Shown here: in pieces, positions 13,501 to 26,018 of the stretch
How the letters are laid out: every line of letters begins with the position of its first letter
How positions within the stretch are numbered: the stretch's first letter is position 1
Assembly (NCBI GenBank): GCA_965649825.1
Contig: OZ287696.1
Span: forward strand, 2,109,724 to 2,173,723
Length of the DNA: 64,000 nt
Reading direction: 5' to 3'
DNA from: Penicillus capitatus
Taxonomy: Eukaryota > Plantae > Chlorophyta
Notes under the pieces: generated by a model
Seen by the model: the letters and a program-made list of their open reading frames with translations, nothing else
The model's database searches: none
What the model was told of the DNA's origin: nothing
Translations under genes and position numbers: made by a program

Positions 13501-16500
13501 GAAGGGAGATGACCTGGCCAGAGATTCTGAGAGTTGGTATTGAAAACTCTGACATGTGTCTTGCAAGGCACCGATGACGATGACATCGTCCTCTATAGAA
13601 TTCCCCGTTGACCACAATGCCCATCCCGTTGTGCATTTCCCTCCCCATTCACGATGTGAAAGACACTTCAACAGATGCAATGAATCTTCACGAACCTGTC
13701 ATCAGAATGCTTGTCATTCATTGCCACCGACGACTTCTTGGAAATGAACTTGAGCAGTGGCATCCACACACTTGTATAGAACGAGACTCAAGATCACATG
13801 GACGTCCACACTCACTTCGTAACTACAGTAGACTTCACACACAACCTGCATGCGATCTTGCAAGCAGATGCAGAGAGCATGAATATCTGACCTGGAAATA
13901 AACAGAGGACACGTCTTGGTTTTGATGATAGCATTTGTTGACATAGCTGTCAAAGAGTGTCATGTTCGAGATGATCAGTTTTGTCAGTGCTTGTCTGGCA
14001 ATGCTGATATTGGACGGGCCAATCAGATTGTGTGGCTCTGCCTGAACAAGGAGATAGTCGACCCATGAGAAGATCGGGTTATTATGGCGTCGATCTGTAT
14101 CCCACACAGGTCCCTGCAACATGGCAACCATTGCCAGACAGGAAGCGACTTCCAGGTAGCCACAAGTCTTCTCCAAATCTGCTTCCATGCGTTCTGTCGA
14201 TTCAGCATCTTTTATCTTTGCCAAAACTGCCTGACGCAGAGCATGTTTCCTTTTTACAGATTCACCTGGAACAGCAATAACCATGACAGATGGAGTATAT
14301 AACGATAATGTACCAGAATTGCCTCCGGGTTTGTTCCATTGCTGTACTGTCTGAAAGAAAGCACGCCTGAAGTCCACATTCAGTCCATCCTGTCCCGATA
14401 CTCCAATGATTTCTGATCCAGCATTTGCGGCAACGGAGCAGAGGCAGTAGCAAAGTTGCAGACAGTCTTGTGCGCTGACTTCTGGAGGGAGTTGAGCAAT
14501 GGACTCCACCAGAGACCCAAGTGGAAGTTGTCGAATAAAATGCAGAGTCTTGACAACGAAGTCCAGCAAACTCTGCCTCAAACGCTTTCTGTACCTCAAT
14601 GTTCCCCTGGGCATCTGATCAGCAATAATTCTAAACACGTTTGCTGTGCTCAATCGCATTTCTTCCATCTTTGACTTCGTTGCCTGCTTCCCTCGATTTC
14701 CACGATCCCTGCCTGGATCTTGCGTCATAATGTTCTTCATCTCGTTTGCAAGGATTTCGTAAGACTCGGAGTTGCAATTGCCAAGGGCCATAACAGCAAT
14801 CTCTTGATAAGTAGGAGAACCCAATGTCAGCAGACTCAGCAACCACTGATCCAGCTGTGCAACAGAGAAAATGACACGACCAATGCCTTCTAGATCAAAG
14901 AGATGAGCATGTCAGACCGTTCATGGCAGTGAATATCGCCATACCTTTGTTCTTGAACGGTGGACATCCGGTCAGAAAACAACAGTAGTTTCGCAGTAGA
15001 TCCGGTGAGATGCTCTCCGAAGATTCTGAAAACCAGACAGGTCGTCCAACACTCTCTGTTCGGCAGAGGGGTCCAAGTTTCTTAGAGATTCGATTGTATG
15101 CTTCTTCAAAGGCTTTTGCACAGAGACTGTAGGCCTCGATAACAATTTCAGAGAGACATCGTGCCAATCGAATGGCAGCAGATTTGTCGTCCAAGGGAGT
15201 AAAGAGGACGTTTGGAAGAGAGATGTTCTCTGGCACAGGTTTCCATCTGCGATGCAGATCGGACCAGGGACCAGCATCCCAGTAAACTCTATGCGCTATA
15301 TCTGTGCCCATCTCTTCCAGAACATCCATGACATACATCGTCTCTCCAAACGGATTCTCCACGCCTGCAGAATCTAACCCACTCTCGATTAGACCACCAA
15401 AGGGTCGTTGTGTTACTCAGTGATGGCATTACTTGGATCGTTCGGTGATGACGCGGGAAACGGATAAAGTTCTTGGATCGGTTGCATTTCTGCTCTCTCT
15501 TTTGATTTTGCAAGTGCTGAGTCGAGCGTGCGGATGATGCCCAAGATATCAAATGCCATTTGTCGTATGAGTGGATCTGTGGAACACAGAAAGCAAAGCA
15601 CTTTCCCTTCCAATGTGGCAGCCGCAAAAGCACGACATTGAGTGCTCTCTTCCATGGGCAAGTCTATTGAAGACAACCAATTCACCAAAAGGGTCTGAAT
15701 ATTTCTCAGCCCATTCAGAATGGCTTCCTTGTTGTCATCAGGGATCGACAGCACGCGTGCTGTCAAGCTTTGCACCACATTATCCCTCGTTCGCGGAATC
15801 CCCACCAGCACATTGTTGAGAGACCGAAATGCGACAGTGCTGATCAATGCATCCATGTGGCCGGTATACTTCGCCAGCATATTAACGAGATGTTCAAGAG
15901 AGAAATCATCTGGTAGGATATAGGGGATCGTCCGCAGCGTCCATGCCATGACATTCAGTCCGATCGAGACATCTTTGGCATTGCCGTCCATAGAACTGCG
16001 ATAGGTGGGAACCTGCATTCCGAAAGAGGACTCTGAAATTCTGAGTAGTTTGCCAATCTCTTTTGAAAAAAGGTGACGTCGATCTTCCAGCTTTAGAAGA
16101 CTCAAAGCACTGTTTCCCCTTCTAATGTATTCCAGTAGTTGAGATTCCTGACTGTTCGTCTCTAAAGACACCATCATTCTGCGTATTCCCTTTGCTTCAT
16201 CTGTTGTTGTTTGCATTCTTCGTGCCACAGTCACAAACATCAGCTCCAAGATTGAGCGCAAAGATATCGTAATCTTGTCCAACGGTTCATGCTGCATAAG
16301 AGGCAAGATGATATACTCCGCAATAAAACTTGGGCGATGACAACCAACAGTAACGCATAGGCGTATTGCCATATCCTGCACGCATTGATCTCCATCTATT
16401 GTTATCTGCTAAGATGTGTTTACGTGAAGGTCAGGAGAAGGCCCTTTTTTGATGGCCGTTGTGATATCCTTGACAGAGTTCTCTAGCAACTCATCCAATT

Positions 16501-17779
16501 GAGTTCTTTCTGGTCCATGTTTCTTGTCGCCGAGACGCTGTAGCGCCACTTCAAAACACTGTGTGAGGCAACGAATGGCCAAACACTTATAGTCCTTCGT
16601 TTTGAGAGTTTTCCTCAACATCTTAATCACCTACATCACAGATCACGGTTGTTCCGGAGAGAGTCCCAACAAACACGAAAGAGACATTGTCCCCTTTGCT
16701 GACGAGACTGTCATTGCTTTGAAGACACCAGAGATCCACAATTAAAGGAAATCCATCCATGAAATGCTTATTCTTCTCCTCTGCCCATTTTCGCAGATCA
16801 AAGAGCATATCGTCTATCTGCTTATACCATCTCTTTCGGAGATCCAATGAAATGTGTTCCAGATCCACCGTTCCAGATTCGACCAAAGGATGCAGCCACT
16901 GATGCATCATGTTTGACAGACTGTGGCGCACTTGGCTCTTTTTTACAGTTGCATTGTGCTTTAGTGGATTGGCCTGTTGGATCAGATTCAGCGAAGCAGC
17001 GAAGAGATCATCTGTGGCAAAGCTCAGTTGAATACATTTCATGGCACCGCAGAGTGAAACCAGCTGGGGACGGACAGCAATATCTTTACGTTCTCGTGAA
17101 TTGATCTCGTTGAAGAGTAATGCTGAAACAGCCTCCAGACGGCCACGGGCTAGAGCACCTATGATCTTCGGCACGGCATTCCGAATGTTCCCACAGAACT
17201 GATTCATGTCCGAGCGGATTTGAATTTGATCCACAGACATGGCCCAGTTAAAAACAATGCGTTCCATTTCGGCAGTGCTGTTGGCCAAGACGTGTTCGCA
17301 CGAATAGGACTTGTCTTCCAGCAACTGTACACATGCTTCCAAGAATGTCGATTCTATGACAGTCTAAACAGGCCACAGGCAGGTACGGATGGGCGGATGG
17401 AGAGAGAAGAGAACAAATTCCGCACCACTTCTTTGTTCGGATCGTTGCCTGTACCAGGGAATTCTTTGTTCTGTGCGTTTCCTGCTCCCGTCAGTCTATT
17501 CAGCGATTTCTTTCTCCATTGCCAAACCGATTGGAAAACAGTCGGGGCTTCGCTGACGCCCACGAGACGCAGGCTTTTCATCAACTTATCATAGCGAGCT
17601 GTCTCTTGTCCACTCGAACTCGAATCCTGTCAGCCGGACATTCATGTGAACGACGCGGTTCGTCGGACAACAGAGAATGTTACGCTGGACAACGAACCAG
17701 TTGCCCTTTCCAGCAAGGAATTGGCAACGTTCTCGAATTCAGAAGATACATACGCGGCGACTGTAAATGCAGTCGACAT
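10595..17779 (-). CDS. FRY: Furry / TAO3 / MOR2-like cell morphogenesis scaffold protein, multi-exon
   Basis: Motifs LKSMYYVTLQHGKQFSHEVERLWSTVAS, SRTSPHRTIDHLV and YPQLFWVCISLLASDYVHVY, within a long HEAT-like exon series. Start MSTAFTVAA at 17779 is inferred. Confidence 0.85.
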
Positions 17780-18106
17780 CAGGTGCCAAAGACAAACTGC
17801 CGAGGACAGGATAGTCAGAAGGGACGTCACATCTTTAATGAACAGCCGCCTTTCGAAGCCAAAGGCAAACAGGCCCACCTATGGATCTTATCTCTGTGAG
17901 ATCTTTCCCGGCAGTCCAGTCTGGTAAGCTGTGCTGGACGCCATGCACTTGAGGGGGCAGAAGGGGGGTGAAGTACAAAGAAACGTCCCTTGAAGTGAGT
18001 GACCCGTCGACGTGGCCTATGACGTCACTTCATCTCTGCTCGGCGGATCGATTCTAGCGTCTGTTCTCGAGGTTCTTCCCGCTTCGGCTGAATCAATCCT
18101 TCCAAT

Positions 18107-19905
18107 GCGTTATCCAATTTCCCGTTCGCATTCGGTCGCGAGTCTGCGGCATACCTCAGAAACGCAATACTACCGCGGGCTGCGTTCCTTCCGCGAGTAT
18201 GCTGAAACGGAGTCGCAGCACCGAAACCAGTCAGCCGTGAACGCGGAAGGGGAACTGTGGGAACAAGAAACCCTACAACTCAGAGTCACACCACCGATGA
18301 TTGCAATCGACAACACCGTCTCCGAAGACGCAACCAAAATCACGCTCTGCAGTGCCAACCGACCTGGAACATTAGTAGAAGTAAGGCAACCGTCAAGGAG
18401 TTGAGTGGACCAGAGATATACCATATCCCTTCTAGGTTGTTACCCGCTTAGTCGAGCTATCACTCATTGTCAAGCGCGCCTGTATATCATCTGACAGGGG
18501 ATGGTTTGCTGATGGTACTTCTCACTCTTTTCTGATGGAGATGGATTGAATTGGTTGGTGTTTGGCTGTGGCAGACTTCCACGTCACGGAACGGAATGGA
18601 GAGAAAGTTACGGATCCTGTAAAGATTGAGCAAATGAGAAAGGTCCTGCCTGTGCTGACTGACCTCTGTGTATATGCTGACATGGTGATAAATCCCTTTG
18701 GTCACAGATTCTGTGTGTGGAACCCAGTGGTCAAGTATCGGTCTGTGGGGATGTAACTGTGCTGGAGATGTCTGGTCGGGACCGACCGGGATTGTTGGCA
18801 GACATCACTCAATTGCTTTCCAATCACGGATACAATGTTAATTCTGCTGCTGTATGAGATTTGTGTTCATCCTCTCGCAGTCCTGTATCGAGAGAGATTG
18901 TTCGCAGGTGTGGACCCAGGGAGAGAATGTTGCATTTGTTATGGACATGATGAATATGAAACATAACGAGAATACACGTTTGCCTGAAGTCTGTCAGAAA
19001 CTGGAAAAGGAATTGAGTGGACCCTATGATTGTGCTGTTGTCAGTCCTACACGATGTCGAGGGCACGTGCATCATGAACATCGATTACACTTTATGCTGC
19101 TGAGAGAGGCCAAGAAACGAGAGCATTTTCAACAGAGCCGTGATTGTGCACTGTCTGAACGAAATGAAATGCCAATCCATTCTGTGGAAGATGTCTCTTG
19201 CAAGTATCGCTCGCCGAAACTTGGAAAACCAAATGTCAGCATTCAGTCAGATCAAAGGAGAGGGTACTGGATCGTGAGCATAGAGTGCAAGGATCGAAGC
19301 AAGTTGCTCTTTGACACTGTCTGCACCTTGGCAGATTTGGATTTCGATGTTTATCATGGCAGCGTTGATTGTCAGAACGAACTGGCCACTTTAGAGTTGT
19401 TCGTACGTCCTCGCTATCATCACTTAGAATCCATCCACGATCGAATCGAAGAACTTCAACATTTTCTGGAAGATGCCATCATTAGAAGATTCCCGAAGGG
19501 TCTCAAGTTACATGTTCGCCCATCTGGACAACCAGGGTGTCTAGGAGGATTGCTTCACGCACTCAAGGCAGCGAATCTGTGCGTGACGCGGTCAGTATCT
19601 CATTTCTTATGCCAGCTCTTCTCTTTACAAACCCTCATCTGTTTCTTAGGGCTAAGGTGCGATGCAATGACCATGGGAATACTGTCCATACAGTCTATGT
19701 CATGAACTCAAACGGGACACCACCCGAACAGACCGTGGTTGAAGATGCCTGCCGGGCTGCTGGCGGCAATCTGATTTTCTGCGAATGTCATGGAAAAGAA
19801 TCTGACGGAGGCGGTGATGCAGAATCGCTCAACGAAAACTGTGCATTCTTCCTGAATGAACGGACATTGGATGTTGAGTGGACTGGGAAGTCATGCAGCG
19901 TGTGA
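18107..19905 (+). CDS. ACR: ACT domain repeat (ACR) protein
   Basis: Motifs VTPPMIAIDNTVSEDATKITLCSANRPGTLVE, LEMSGRDRPGLLADIT, IECKDRSKLLFDTVCTLADLDFDVYHG and DAIIRRFPKGLKL are typical of plant/algal ACR proteins. Confidence 0.85.
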
Positions 19906-20351
19906 TCCCAAATTTTAACCATCACCCTGTTGTGCACTTCTGACATTCCAGATATTATGTACAAAACGGTGTCTGCAGTATCTGTGACAGTATCTACAAT
20001 TTTTTCTTGCATGTCACAACCAACAGAGTTTGTGGTGGTGGTGGTGTTCATCGGCCTAGAAGTTAAAATCGAAGTATCGGTGAAATTCTTTGTTTTAGGA
20101 GAGAGGAATACATTGCTTTGCATGTGCGTTTTTAAATAACCACCCAAATCCGGATCCTGTGTTTGTTTATTTGTGTTAAATATGTGTACTACAATCAACA
20201 CTTCACTTTAGCTTCGAATGTCGGGATTTCCGCTCCCGGCCAAGAATGGCATCCTCCTTCTACTCCTGCAAATCTGTACACTGGAAAGATCTACACCGAT
20301 GTACATTAAATCATTTGCTGATGATACACAATTCAATTTCTATCGACGTCC

Positions 20352-21280
20352 ATGGCCTCTCGAGATCGCGCCGAGAAAAGTGCTCATGACGCAGGTTGGG
20401 ATCCAATCACCGATGAATTCGACACGTGAGCCAGCAACATGCTGCATGCACCCAATGCTTAATACAGTTCATTAGTTATGAGGCATACCTCCTCAGTCAA
20501 GTGAGCAAGAAGGACATCTACTACTTGGAAGATGTCGAGATAGCAAGTCAATTGGTGGAGTTGGGGTGATTTCCTTCGTTGTCTGGACCGATGGCGTTGA
20601 GTTTGATAGTCTAGCATTCGAGGAAATGGGGAGACAATCTCAAAAGAAGAATTCGAACAGAGAAAGTCAGCATCTGAGAAACTGCGTCAGGAGATGCTGA
20701 ACAAAAAACCGAGGCGGTTGATTTCGCAAGGAATGGATTTTTCCGACGAACCGTTGCTCAGAGTCGGTTGTCTGTCCTTAATACAGATGCATTTAAACAT
20801 CTGTGATTGCGGTAGGCCTTACAGTTACGAGAAGAGGCGGTGCGAAATGGAAAACTGGCATCCATTGTGTTTGTTCGAGATTTCAATTGCAAAGGACAAG
20901 AAATATCTGGCTACATTGATTACGCGGACCGACTGCGTACCGAACAAATGGAAAAGATCTTTCGAAAACAGAAAAGGCTGTTGCCCACGCCTTTAGACCT
21001 AAGCTTCTACAATTGGAATACGCAAACTCCCGCCGTAAACTCAACACCCGAATTTCATGTCGTGACAACTTTCACTTCTTACTAGATTTTCACAGGCATG
21101 TGTGACTAGGTCATTACAGATGACGCGAAAGGGATGCTGTTCAAAAACAAAAGAGATCGAAAGCTCATTAATGTGAATCCAGATGCATCGCCAGGTGATA
21201 ATTCGACAAGAACTGTCATTAAAACAGATGCCTATCTTCATGTCGCGATCTACGACCATGTCACCCGTCGTCGTAACTGA
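20352..21280 (+). CDS. CFAP299: Cilia- and flagella-associated protein 299 (DUF4464)
   Basis: Spliced sequence DPITDEFDT|YEAYLLSQVSKKDIYYLEDVEIASQLVELG; GKLASIVFVRDFNCKGQEISGYIDYADRL; MLFKNKRDRKLINVNP...IYDHVTRRRN*. Confidence 0.85.
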
Positions 21281-21643
21281 CAGGTGTTTTCAATCGACCG
21301 GTCATCAAGATCGGTTCTTCGATTCGTCCCCTTCAATTCGCAGTTCCTTGACTCTAAGAAACCAACTCCGTTTCGCGCTTCACTTGTTTAGCATGGAAGA
21401 CAAAGGGCCTAACTTATGTACTGTGCGCCGGTTTGATCTATCCGCGTGCTATCTCGAACATAGCTATTTGCAGATTTAGTTCCCAGACGGAGATGAAGAT
21501 TAGAGAGTATTTCGACGACGGATCTCGAGTTACCAAGATAAGCGTAATGGCATTCATTATCTTTGGATCACTTGACTTGATGCGTGTTTCAGCTGCTCTA
21601 CATTTGCTGCGGGCATTACAACTCTCAAAAAGCATAAGAAAAA

Positions 21644-21712
21644 GCCCTCGTGGTGTAGTGGTTGGCATACTTGATCTTCCAAGAGGCATGGGTTCGAATC
21701 CCACCGAGGCGC
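21644..21712 (+). tRNA. tRNA-derived relic (pseudo-tRNA or SINE head), isotype unresolved
   Basis: A-box TGGTGTAGTGG and B-box GGTTCGAATCC; acceptor stem GCCCTCG/CGAGGCG is partly paired. The anticodon arm and variable region are shortened (~68 nt in total). Confidence 0.5.
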
Positions 21713-21924
21713 TGGTGTGACTCACTCGGGTGATAATAGAAAGCTGTCAGAAGGCGAATGGCAACCCCATTGCGACGTAAGCGGACGTCTAGCACGTAGT
21801 ATATCCGAGGCCCTACTATCAAAATGGCAGCTGCCGATACGAAGAGCTGTGTCCGTCGTTTTTTGTCATTTTCTCGTCTCAAACGCCACAAACGGGTCTC
21901 ACTTCTTTATTGTCGCCATTGATA

Positions 21925-22066
21925 GCGTTCGGTGCGTTCGGTGCGTCTTAAGCGTCCGGAGCGTGCGGTGCGTCTTAAGCGTTCGGTGCGTTCGGTGCGT
22001 TCGGTGCGTCTTAAGCGTCCGGAGCGTGCGGTGCGTCTTAAGCGTCCGGAGCGTGCGGTGCGTCTT
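21925..22066. repeat. 9-bp variant minisatellite (GCGTNNNNN), 15 units plus a partial unit
   Basis: Units GCGTTCGGT (A), GCGTCTTAA (B), GCGTCCGGA (C), GCGTGCGGT (D) in order A A B C D B A A A B C D B C D b. Confidence 0.95.
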
Positions 22067-22119
22067 CTGTTATTCGCGCGGCCCGACCGGCGAAACTTCC
22101 CTCTCGACCGAAGAAGAAA

Positions 22120-22686
22120 ATGGCAGCCCCGGCACCGCATGTCCAAGCCATCCTCGGTCGTCTCGACCAGCGATTCATCTTCGTCCGAGGATACAACATG
22201 TTCAGGGGCACGCTATGGACGTCTTTGTTGTTGCGGAAAGCATGGATCCCACGCTTTCCGCAACCTGTGTAATGCCGTGCCGTTCAACAACAACAAGTTG
22301 TTGTATTACAAGACGTTCGAGGTGCTAAGACTGATGAATGACTTACCGGTCAAGGGCCGAGCAGGAGGAAAAGGAGACATCAGAACGTGGCCCCGTCCGG
22401 TGCGTCTAGAGCGTCCGGTGCGTATGGCATGTTTGAAGCGTGCGATGCTTTCGGTGCGTTCGGTGTGTGTGCAGCCGCACACAACATCTTCGTCGCGAAG
22501 CAATACATCCTGGACGGCGATCAAGACGCCTTCTTCGCCATCGCAGAACGCATGGAACAATTGCGCACGGACATTGCCGTACGGAGGGTTGCGTTCATAC
22601 GACGATCCAAGAAAAGAATCGCCAATCGCTTTATAGCCTTCATTGCAAGGGTCATTCATGTTGCGGACACACAGGCAGATGTCTGA
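22120..22686 (+). pseudogene. Orphan 164-aa family, copy 1 (frameshifted, with a minisatellite insertion)
   Basis: Starts MAAPAPHVQAILGRLD like the intact copy at 37857. There is a frameshift near 22235 and a degenerate 9-mer array at ~22393-22464. The C-terminus QYILDGDQDAFFAIAERMEQLR aligns with copy 3. Confidence 0.85.
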
Positions 22687-24343
22687 CAATCGTTTTAACA
22701 AAATACACATCATCTCACGGCCTCGTCGCGCTAACGCACTGAAAACCCCCGGAAAACGAATTCACCACGACGGCTTATATCGCTTACAAAGACTGTCTCA
22801 ACGTCCGACGTCGGTAATTTATACATTAGTGAACAAACCAACGCGTCACATCGGCCGTTCTCCACCGTTCCTTGACTAGCCGCACGAAGGTGGGCAGCTG
22901 TCTTGCAACACATAAGGTGTGTTATCAGTCGGGCCGCGCAGCGTGAGCGATGAAGAGGAAAGGCTTTACATGACGTGGACCGAGAAGATCTTCTGAGTGT
23001 CGTTGAAATGGGAAGTTCTTAGGAATAATGAAATGCATGATGGTGAGGAGAGGTGAGTTAAGGGGACAGCCAACGACTGGTCGTGAGACTATCGCCAAGA
23101 CTTCCTTGGCCTAGGGGACTGCCTTGTTCGACGGGTGTGGTGTTCTTCGAGGGGCGTTGCCTGTCTTGTCAGGCGGGACTCGCGTGCGTTAGGTGATGCT
23201 TTTCTTTGGCCCCGGCGCTTTGTCGATCCGCGTGCCTAGAAGTCATGTCACGAAGCAGGGAGAGGCGGCGCAAGTCGAGTTGTGAACCGCTCTTGCTCTT
23301 TAAAGCGCTCTTACCTCCACCCTAGCGGCCGACAACCGTGAGCGCGAGATTCCGCAAGCACTCGTGCCCTACCCGCCGCTATGTCAAGCGCCACCCTTCC
23401 GAGCGGTACTGGATCGCTTCCGCCGGGAGGAGCTGCTTCGCCGGGGAGCTGAGCACGTCGTCCACAATATCGGCGTCTTCGACACCCTACACAGTTCGGA
23501 AGACTCCAGTGCTGAACTGGAGATCTCGAATCCAGGAGGTGTGGTGACTCTAGACCGGCCAGAAGAGTCGATCGAGGAAGAAGCACAAGCCGAGGTTCCA
23601 ACAAGAAGATGATGACTCGCCTGAAGGCAACAGGACCGTTGATAATTAAACGGGCGAGCATTTGTCAAAGCACCGTTCTTAAAATGCTAGTTAGCATTTG
23701 TTTTCACGGTGCGTGCCTGCGATATCTACGACTACACCGGGCGATTTAGTTTTTTTCTACCCGCATCCGTTCTCAGGAGTCCTGCTCGCGACAGTGGCTT
23801 CCGATCAAAAGCAATTTAAGCTGCTCCTTTGGTAGTTTGGGATTTTTTCTATCCTCACAGGCTTTCATTCATTTGTTTCTTTAGTAGACAGATCATCATT
23901 TTAAAAAACAGGCATTTTTTATTCTGATAGCGAAAGGCATTTTTTAGCACGGCATGTTGATATCTGCTCGTGCAATTAACAGACTTCGAACAATTTCCGT
24001 GAACATCACTTTAAGTTGCGCATTGAGAATTTATTCTTCGTCAAAAGTAAGTTGTATTCCGATCCACATTTAATGCCGCCTCCGATCGCCGACACATTGC
24101 ATCGCCGGCCACTTTTCTTCTGTCGGCCTTCGAATGCTCGTAGTCAAGGGATCAATGAATTTCTTTGGCGAAACCATCTTCGGATGCTAAGGCCTGGAGA
24201 GCAGAAAGATCTGTGATCGCTGTGCGATGACAGATCCTTCTGATCAGTCAGTCTCTGTTCGTAGCTAAAAGAATCCAAGTGTCAAATCGGACAGCTGCAG
24301 AAAAGCCGTAGAATAGTGTTCTTCAGACTATTCATAGACACGT

Positions 24344-24671
24344 AGCCAGAGGGCACCAAGGCTGCAGTCAACGTCAATCACACGTAATCGTTCCATCAAA
24401 ACCTGTCCAGAATATGGATCTAACAGATCCCATTAACCGATACACACTTGGTACCTGTCGATTTGAATGAGATCCTCCTGCAAGTGGATACCCAATGCCC
24501 GTGATCCGGTGAAGGCGAACGGCTTGCAAGAGTGAGAGAAAGCTTCTCAGCATAGGAACACCCGGCTGTGTCGACAGGGGTCTGGGAAAATGCGTCCTCG
24601 CTCTTCATGTGCAGCGATTCGACTACTCGAGAAGGAAACTTCATTGCCTTGGTGAGTGTACTGACACCAGG
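24344..24671 (-). repeat. Duplicated ~328-bp fragment of the 5' region of the EamA pseudogene (31339-31665)
   Basis: Direct, collinear DNA similarity with scattered substitutions, from AGCCAGAGGG to CTGACACCAGG. Confidence 0.95.
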
Positions 24672-25152
24672 GGCTTTGACTGAGGAGGTCAGCGATGACG
24701 TTCGCCACGCCATCCACGTGCTTTACCTTTCCTGCAGAGAGGTTGAGGGCGTCTAGATGACGCTGCACGAGGAAGCTCTGCACGCTGCTTCCACTCGCTT
24801 GCTTGACAACGGTGGCGTCAGTGAAGACGGTGAGATGTTTGCCCATGAGCAGGTGCCTGTTTCTCGAGCGCTTTTTCTTTTCCGAGTAGCTCAGCTTTGC
24901 CACTAGGTCGGAATTGTTCACGTTGGAATCCGCCAGCTCAAAGGCGGAGAGACGTCTAGAGTCTGTGTCGAACAACGAGTACCAAAAGCCATCTCTGCTA
25001 GCATCGACATACAGATCGACAGAACGGCCAGCTGCGTCAGGCCGGTTCTACCAGATGCGGTTGAGAGAGCGGAGGAGGGTGGCCTAGCGGTTGGGATCCT
25101 CCGCCCAGTATCGTCCGATGACTTTGGTATCGGCGCTCGTGAGTTTCGACAG

Positions 25153-25398
25153 GGCCGCTAAGCTGCGGCGGAGGTCGCACTTGCAATAGTCCAGCAAGGT
25201 GCGAAGGAGTCCCGAAAACGATCGGACTGCGGTCTTCGTTTGAGGCTGCGCTGCAGTGGGCGACTGCTGCAGCGTGGCCGCTAAGCTGCGGCGGAGGTCG
25301 CACTTGCAATAGTCCAGCAAGGTGCGAAGGAGTCCCGAAAACGATCGGACTGCTGTCTTCGTTGACGCGGCGCTGCAGTGGGAAACTGCTGCAGCGTG
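25153..25398. repeat. 123-bp in-frame tandem duplication within the RT thumb region
   Basis: GGCCGCTAAGCTGCGG... starts at 25153 and 25276. It duplicates the peptide KTAVRSFSGLLRTLLDYCKCDLRRSLAA. Confidence 0.95.
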
Positions 25399-25834
25399 CT
25401 TTTGGGGGCAAAACGCCTTGGGGCGTGAAGCGGTGTCCGAGGAGCTCGACCTCGTTAACACCGTACTGGCACTTCTTCGGGGATGCCGTCCACACGTATT
25501 TGTCATAGACCGTCAGCAGTTCTCCAACTGCTCTCTCGAGAACTTCTTGTGTCCGTGCTCCTACGCAGACGTCGTCGGCAAAGCTCTCGATTGCCGCTCG
25601 AGTCTTCTGCTGCTTCAACTGGTCTCGTGCTTCCGCTGTGGTTTCTTGAACATCTTGGTCGAAGAAAGCCATTGAGTCGATCCAACCCATCGGAAGCCGT
25701 GTGAAGGCGTAGGGCTTTCGGTCGAGCACGGTGACGAAATACGGCCGGAGGCCATGTGCCAGAGGAATCGGATAGGTTTTGAACTGCGCCTTCTCGATGC
25801 ATGGGCAGCGCGGGACTCTTTGTGGTCAGCGTGT

Positions 25835-26018
25835 TGTCACCACCACGAAGTCGAAGAAGGAAGAAGAACTGAGGGGGAAGGTGATATCATGACATAAGGC
25901 ATGACGCAATCATAACGTCATGCTAAAAAACCATATAAAAAGGGGTGTTTGAGACAAAGCTTTATCCTTTAAGAAAAGAACGTTTATCTGTTTCAAGACT
26001 TGATATTTGCGCGTATCA
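25835..26018 (+). mobile_element. 184-bp TG...CA insertion (solo-LTR-like) nested in RT with target-site duplication
   Basis: Flanked by GTGT(T) at 25831 and 26019; removing it restores RT DFRGLNTLTTKSPALP. It contains a purine run followed by TGATA (25882), a TATA-like CATATAAAA, and ends in TATCA. Confidence 0.8.

Noticed and set aside
21925-22066. Minisatellite or 93-bp repeats as a CRISPR array or telomeric repeat
   Set aside because: There are no unique spacers or cas genes, the context is eukaryotic, and the unit does not resemble TTTAGGG/TTAGGG-type telomere repeats.
22950-23670. Possible decayed gag with a zinc knuckle on the minus strand
   Set aside because: Only a stop-interrupted, frameshifted hint of a CCHC motif is visible, which is too weak to call.
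23670-23712. Imperfect hairpin (GCACCGT...AAATGCTA/TAGCATTT...ACGGTGC)
   Set aside because: It is short, interrupted and single-copy in the window, compatible with chance.
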